Shown here piece by piece: positions 24,603-29,510 of a DNA stretch of 29,510 nucleotides; the first letter of the stretch is position 1, and the number at the start of each line of letters is the position of its first letter. The notes below the pieces were generated by a model. It did no database searches and was not told the DNA's origin. It was given only the letters and a program-made list of their open reading frames with translations. Source of the DNA: a virus (Duplodnaviria; Caudoviricetes). The stretch covers positions 1-29,510 of IMG/VR virus record IMGVR_UViG_3300033407_000969. One strand, written 5' to 3'. Both the position numbers and the translations under genes were made by a program.

Positions 24603-24971
24603 TTACGCCTCCTGGCTTTCGGTTACGCTGAAGTCATCGGTTTCAAAGTCGAGCGAGTCGCAGGCGATCAGTTCGATGCCGCAGGAGCCATCCAGCGGCG
24701 CCCACCCTTCCCGTTGCTCGAACTGGCTTTTAACGCCCTGCAGGTTCCACTGAACCGACTCGACGATCGCGCGCTGCGCGAAAAACAGCAGCCAGGCGGT
24801 CTGCACGTCCCCTTCACAGTCGTCGATACGGTCTTGCCCACCCATCCAAAACAGGAGCATCTCTCGCATGGTGTCCAGTGTGCTGCTGTCTTGGTTGATA
24901 CGCAGGGTGACGGTCCAGCCGGACCAGTCGTGCTGCACTTTGAAGATCTTGCTCTTTACTTGCCGGCTCAT
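24603..24971 (-). CDS. Phage hypothetical protein (122 aa), DUF2528-like
   Basis: Start MSRQVK coupled upstream; 'FW.G...R','EGW.PLDGS.GI.L'. Confidence 0.7.
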   Translation of the reverse strand: MSRQVKSKIFKVQHDWSGWTVTLRINQDSSTLDTMREMLLFWMGGQDRIDDCEGDVQTAWLLFFAQRAIVESVQWNLQGVKSQFEQREGWAPLDGSCGIELIACDSLDFETDDFSVTESQEA

Positions 24972-25720
24972 TTGGCACCCCCAAAGAATTCTTGATGAAC
25001 ACCGACAACCCATTCGCTGATCGCCTTCGGTACCGGCCGTAGTTTGGGCTGGGTCATCTCGCCGCCCTCGATGCGAACGGTACGGGTGACTTCGTTCTCG
25101 GTGTCGTACACCTGGTAGAACCCGTCCTCTTCACAGGTGAAGAGCTGCCAGCAGCCAAGGCGTGGCAGTTCGAGCACACGTAGCGGCTCCTGTTGGCGGC
25201 TACTATTGGCCGCGGCGATCGCTTCATCCAGGGCGGCTTTCAGTTTGCGGTTCTCGGTCGTCAGTTCTTTGTTGTTGGTACGCAGTTCAGCGATAGCCAG
25301 CGATCGGTTAGCACTCTCGACCTTGACGCGCTGCAGGCGTTTGCGTGTCCCTGCGGGGTCCAACTCGCGCATCTGCTTCACCTTGGTCTCGAGCTCGCGA
25401 TTCGCTTGGAGGGCATTGTCCAGATCGCGCTGCAGCAGATCCTTCGACACTGCCAGGCGATGCACATCCGACAGCAGCTCCTGGTAACAGGCCTCCCTAT
25501 CCTGCAGCTGTTTTTCCAGCTGCGCCTCGGCGTAGTTCCAGCCCTGGCGGTCAGACTCCAGCTGCTCTTCGGTCGCTTCCAGACGGTCTTCGAGTTCCCC
25601 GATCTGCTCCCGCAGCTGTGCGATCTCGAACAGCTCAAGTCGTCGGGCCTGCTCGGCCAGGCTGGGTTCGGACGTAGCCATGCGATCGGCGCGTCCCTTG
25701 AGTGTCAGAATTGCGTTCAT
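24968..25720 (-). CDS. Coiled-coil hypothetical protein (250 aa)
   Basis: Long heptad-rich N-terminal part with small beta-rich C-terminus; coupled ORF. Confidence 0.75.
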   Translation of the reverse strand: MNAILTLKGRADRMATSEPSLAEQARRLELFEIAQLREQIGELEDRLEATEEQLESDRQGWNYAEAQLEKQLQDREACYQELLSDVHRLAVSKDLLQRDLDNALQANRELETKVKQMRELDPAGTRKRLQRVKVESANRSLAIAELRTNNKELTTENRKLKAALDEAIAAANSSRQQEPLRVLELPRLGCWQLFTCEEDGFYQVYDTENEVTRTVRIEGGEMTQPKLRPVPKAISEWVVGVHQEFFGGAK

Positions 25721-25881
25721 ACGTTGTTACCTTCGGTGTTCTGGCGGTTGCTGTTTTGCCGGCGGTTACGGATGCGGGCCAGTTTGGCCCTGGCTTCCGG
25801 GCTCAGGCTGACAAGTAGCGCAATTGCGACTGCTCGCCCCGCGGCGGTAGAATCGAACGTCCCAGCGTTGGTAGTGGTCAT
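25717..25881 (-). CDS. Small hypothetical protein (54 aa)
   Basis: SD AGGAG before MTTTNAG; stop overlaps the next ATG. Confidence 0.55.
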   Translation of the reverse strand: MTTTNAGTFDSTAAGRAVAIALLVSLSPEARAKLARIRNRRQNSNRQNTEGNNV

Positions 25882-25942
25882 GTATATGACTCCTGTTAAC
25901 GTGGCCCCCTTCTTCTTGGCGGTTGCAGGGGGCCGTTTCATT

Positions 25943-26176
25943 TCAGCCCTGACGGGCCTCTTCAAAGCTCTCGATCGCGGCCTCCAACACACCGATCGCT
26001 TCGGCCAGCGACTCGGGGTCGCGCTTGGCTTGCCCCTTCAGCGCGCCGATGATGTACGGCATTACGGTGGTGTGGTTTTCCGGTTCCATGCTGTAGATCT
26101 TGTCGGCGAACAGTTGAATGCGGGCCGGAACGTCAGTCGGCATCAAGTCGGCCTGCTGGTTAAACAGTGTTGGCAT
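25943..26176 (-). CDS. Hypothetical protein (77 aa)
   Basis: SD AAGGGG; helical composition; early operon. Confidence 0.65.
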   Translation of the reverse strand: MPTLFNQQADLMPTDVPARIQLFADKIYSMEPENHTTVMPYIIGALKGQAKRDPESLAEAIGVLEAAIESFEEARQG

Positions 26177-26459
26177 CTCTATTCCCCTTCTGCAGATCCG
26201 CCAACCGGCGGGTGATATCGGTCAGGTGTTCCTGTTTGTGGCGGTTGCCCCGAGCCAGGTAGCGCTGGCGGTCAAACCACTCGGCCCTCTGTTCGTCGCT
26301 CATGCCGGCTACCCGCTTGGCCTGCTCCTGCTTCATCAATTCCACGATCCGGGCCTGCTGCCCGGGGTTGCGCTTGAAGAACAGGCGGCGGGCTTCCTTG
26401 TCGTTCAACAGGTGCCGAGCCAGGCACTCAAGGCGGTGTTGTTCGCTGTTTGTGTCCAT
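26160..26459 (-). CDS. Hypothetical protein (99 aa)
   Basis: First ORF after the origin, overlaps the next gene; basic and helical. Confidence 0.65.
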   Translation of the reverse strand: MDTNSEQHRLECLARHLLNDKEARRLFFKRNPGQQARIVELMKQEQAKRVAGMSDEQRAEWFDRQRYLARGNRHKQEHLTDITRRLADLQKGNRDANTV

Positions 26460-26485
26460 CGTTGTGCCCTAGGGGTGCGTAGGGA

Positions 26486-26829
26486 GGTAACCGGGGTAAC
26501 CGGACAGGGGCAAAAGACGTTGCAGGCCCCGTAAACAAAGGGATCGGGAGATATCGACAAGAGGTAACTTTCGGGTAACCAGAGGTAACCGGAAAAGTTA
26601 CCTGATTGATTTAAAAGGCTTTTTAATATCAGCCTTTTGTAACTTCTGGAGGTAACCATGGTTACTCTAAAGTTACTTGAAAGTTACCTTTTGTCAGTTT
26701 CTATAACCCTTTGTATCTAAAGTAATAAAAGCTCTTTTAAGCGCTTTGGTTACTTCAGTTACCTCGATGCGCCCCCCCCTATCAGGTTTTAAAATTCGGT
26801 TTCCCTATGCGCGCACCCGTGTGCGCGTA
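26486..26829. repeat. Putative replication origin: AT-rich array of GTAAC/GTTAC iterons
   Basis: 13 copies (7 GTAAC, 6 GTTAC), central palindrome GTAACCATGGTTAC, low GC, directly downstream of the primase-helicase. Confidence 0.8.
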
Positions 26830-26843
26830 AAGTTCACTTTCCG

Positions 26844-29510
26844 CTAACTTTTCTCTTTGAAGATCCAGCAGTGCAGGGCCTTACCCAACAGGCGGGACTT
26901 GACCTTGCCCGTTTCGATAAACGGGTATCGGGTACTACCTGGGAGCAGCTTCTTCAGTTGTTTGATATCCGGTGGTTCTTGGCCGTACTTGCGGCAGATC
27001 TCGGCGAACTGGTTCAGGTTGATGGCGATGCGGCCGTCGCTGTTGCTGTGGTTCAGCACCTGGTCGAAACCGTTGTCGAACGGGTCGCCGTTTTGCTTTC
27101 CTGGTTGTTCGTTCAGGTACAGGTAGGTATCCCAGAACTGTTCAACCAGCGGGTGGTCCTGAACCATCCGGCGCTGTCGATCGAGTGCACGACCAAACAG
27201 GAAGGCTTTCAGCTTCTCCAGCATCGCGGCGTCGATCTGAGGGAAAAACAGCTGCAGGGCCACGGCCGCGGCGTACACCTGGGCGTGGCATTTGATGATG
27301 CGCAGCTCCTTGATGGCGGTGCTGCCGATCCACTCCTGTTCCACCTTGGCGAACTCGGCCTCGTACAACGCCAGGTAGTCACTCTCCCTGCTCAGCACGG
27401 TGCGCATATAGCCCGCCATATCGGCGGCGGTCAGTTGCTCGAACTTGCGGGCCAGCGGTAGCAGGCCGGGGTTGTGGTGCTCCAGGGTGACGTGGCAATG
27501 GACGATACGGGAGAGCAACGCCGGCGAACCGTCCACCGTGGCGTTCTGGGCGATCATCAGGCTGCCTTTGAACAGTGGCTCCTCGGTATCGTGACCACGT
27601 TTGGCAACGCCCAGGGTGCCGGTACTGCGGCCGTTGTAGAGAGGTTTCAACTCGTCGAAGTTGAAGCCGCCCTTCTTCATATCCTTGGCGCCGTCATCTC
27701 GGTCAGATTCGATCAGCGCCACCGGTAGGTTCGCGGCCTGGTTGAATACACGCCGACGACCGGCCGGACTGGCCTTCAGAGCGTCGAAGCCTTCATAGCC
27801 GTCACGCCCGGACAGTTTCCAGCAGAACTCCAGGATGGTGGATTTACCGGCGCCCTGTTCACCGGTCAGTTCGAAGAACGGCCAGCTCTTCTGCCGGCGG
27901 CGGATCTGTTCGGCAAAGTAGCTGCCGGTCCACCATGCCAGGGTGACCAGACCATGCCAGTGGAACACCTTGATGAAGTCGTTCAGCCAGTCAGGCCGGA
28001 AGGCTTCGCCGCGCTCGATGACGAAGCCGCGGAATGACGTTTTCAGTGCAGTGCGGCTGTTCACCTGGAAGAAGCCCTGGTCGTTCAGTTGCAGCTCCTT
28101 GCCCTTGTGGAAGGCGAAGTCCTGAAACACGTAGGTCTGGCTGTCGATGTCGTAGCCCAGGAATGGGTTACAGCGCACCAGTTTCATCTGACGGTTCAGC
28201 CAGTTGTCGCGCAGGTACTTCAGTTCCTTGATTCCGCCATCGAAGGTGCCGCCGAGAGTGCGGGTCAGCAGCGCTTTGTTGAAGGCCGTAGGGCTTTCGA
28301 TATTGCCTCCGTCCAAACCGACGATGCCGGACGCGCTGCCGTTGCTGTAGCGGATCCGGAAGACGTAGCGCTGTTCGTCTAGGATCTCGTCACGCTCGGT
28401 ATACAGGAACTGGGGAATGCAGTTGCTGATCAGCTCGGTTTTGAGCACCTGCACGAAGACGTCCTTGCCATCGCCGTGTTCCAGGGGTGCGCCGTCCAGC
28501 TTTTGCTCCAGATCGTTGGGTACCTGCACCAGGTAGAGACGATCGCGATGCTCGAGCACGCCATAGCGCAGCTTTGTTTTCAGGTGCCAGTGGTAGGCCA
28601 TCACCTTGATGTTGGGCGCCTTGAACAGGTCGCCGCGGTACCGGCAGTCGGCCAAGAACTTGGCATTCAGGTCGTTGGTGCGGTACAGATCGTCCCAGTC
28701 GATGCGCTCGTCGCCGGTCAGGTAGATGGCGCTCCGCTCTTTGCGCTCCTCCAGTTCTTCGTAGAACTTCAGCGCATACTTGCGGCCCGCTTCGCCGTCA
28801 TCCAGGGCCAGCATCCAACTGATCCGCTTGCCCTTGTACTCCTCGATCGCGGCCGCGGGAAAGTTGTTGCAGCTGAACGCTGCGATCGCTTTGAAGCCTG
28901 CCAGCCAGAATGCGATCGCGTGGAAGATCCCCTCGACGATAAACACGGTATCGCCTTCCTGGATCTCCATTTTCGGCGGCATCCAGTAGTCGCCACGGAA
29001 CAGGGTGCCGTCCGGTTTCCGCTTGCCGGCGAAGTGGGCTTTCTGGCCGTCCTTCTTCGTTTTATCGATCAGCCGCGCCCAGTAGCGGGTGCGCTCGGCA
29101 TCCAGGTAGAAACGAATCGACGGTACCTGCTCGTACACGCCGTCGCTGACCTCGATCCGTTCCACCGCCTGTTGGTAGCAACCCCGCAGCTTGACCAGGG
29201 CGAAACCGCGGTTATGGCTCAGGTAAGCATCTGCGGTGGCGTTCGGGTTCTCGTTGGTCTGAGGGAAACGCTCCACGTAATTGGTGAACAGCTCCGGTAC
29301 CAGTTCGCGGGTGGACTCTGAATAACCACACTTCTGCTCCCGGCTACACATCACCCGATACGGTTCAGACTTGCGCAGGAACAGCTCCCGCTTGCGGCAG
29401 TCCGGACACTCGCCCTTGCGCAGGTACTCGCCCTTATCCAGGAAATTCAGCGTAGGGTGCTTCAGCAGAGCGTCGACGATCTCCGACGCGTGCACTTCGG
29501 TGTACTGCAT
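26844..29510 (-). CDS. Zn-finger + TOPRIM primase fused to a P-loop helicase (P4 alpha/phiCTX-type replication protein, 888 aa)
   Basis: 'CPDCRKRE...CSREQKCG'; TOPRIM 'IVEGIFHAI','LALDDGEAG','DWDDL'; Walker A 'GEQGAGKST'; Walker B-like 'VALIESD'. Confidence 0.9.
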   Translation of the reverse strand: MQYTEVHASEIVDALLKHPTLNFLDKGEYLRKGECPDCRKRELFLRKSEPYRVMCSREQKCGYSESTRELVPELFTNYVERFPQTNENPNATADAYLSHNRGFALVKLRGCYQQAVERIEVSDGVYEQVPSIRFYLDAERTRYWARLIDKTKKDGQKAHFAGKRKPDGTLFRGDYWMPPKMEIQEGDTVFIVEGIFHAIAFWLAGFKAIAAFSCNNFPAAAIEEYKGKRISWMLALDDGEAGRKYALKFYEELEERKERSAIYLTGDERIDWDDLYRTNDLNAKFLADCRYRGDLFKAPNIKVMAYHWHLKTKLRYGVLEHRDRLYLVQVPNDLEQKLDGAPLEHGDGKDVFVQVLKTELISNCIPQFLYTERDEILDEQRYVFRIRYSNGSASGIVGLDGGNIESPTAFNKALLTRTLGGTFDGGIKELKYLRDNWLNRQMKLVRCNPFLGYDIDSQTYVFQDFAFHKGKELQLNDQGFFQVNSRTALKTSFRGFVIERGEAFRPDWLNDFIKVFHWHGLVTLAWWTGSYFAEQIRRRQKSWPFFELTGEQGAGKSTILEFCWKLSGRDGYEGFDALKASPAGRRRVFNQAANLPVALIESDRDDGAKDMKKGGFNFDELKPLYNGRSTGTLGVAKRGHDTEEPLFKGSLMIAQNATVDGSPALLSRIVHCHVTLEHHNPGLLPLARKFEQLTAADMAGYMRTVLSRESDYLALYEAEFAKVEQEWIGSTAIKELRIIKCHAQVYAAAVALQLFFPQIDAAMLEKLKAFLFGRALDRQRRMVQDHPLVEQFWDTYLYLNEQPGKQNGDPFDNGFDQVLNHSNSDGRIAINLNQFAEICRKYGQEPPDIKQLKKLLPGSTRYPFIETGKVKSRLLGKALHCWIFKEKS

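Noticed and set aside
26405-26659. 84-aa ORF across the origin region
   Set aside because: Translation is dictated by the repeats (VT/GN/GY); no SD; overlaps the 99-aa gene.
26486-26763. Repeat array as a possible CRISPR or mini-array
   Set aside because: Units are only 5-7 bp, in both orientations, with irregular short spacing and no cas genes; better explained as origin iterons.

Overview
The window is most of a GC-rich P2/HP1-like (Peduoviridae-type) temperate myophage, probably a prophage of a gammaproteobacterium; integrase, repressor and att sites lie outside it. From right to left it holds a Zn-finger/TOPRIM primase-helicase with an adjacent AT-rich GTAAC/GTTAC repeat origin, then an early operon of small genes that includes a phage-borne CsrA/RsmA and a very acidic 80-aa protein. 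Next is an accessory island just downstream of the portal and ogr genes: hicAB with a consensus promoter and twin operators, a divergent 2-TM membrane protein, an XRE regulator behind a LexA-like box and a small Tum-like ORF. The head genes (Q, P, O, N, M, L equivalents), tail completion, sheath and tube follow, then a lysis cassette with no visible spanins. The tail chaperone has an unlisted -1 frameshift extension and is followed by tape measure, baseplate, tail fibre and spike genes. A doubly inactivated DNA methyltransferase pseudogene sits at the left end. All family calls come from motif recognition and synteny, not database searches.
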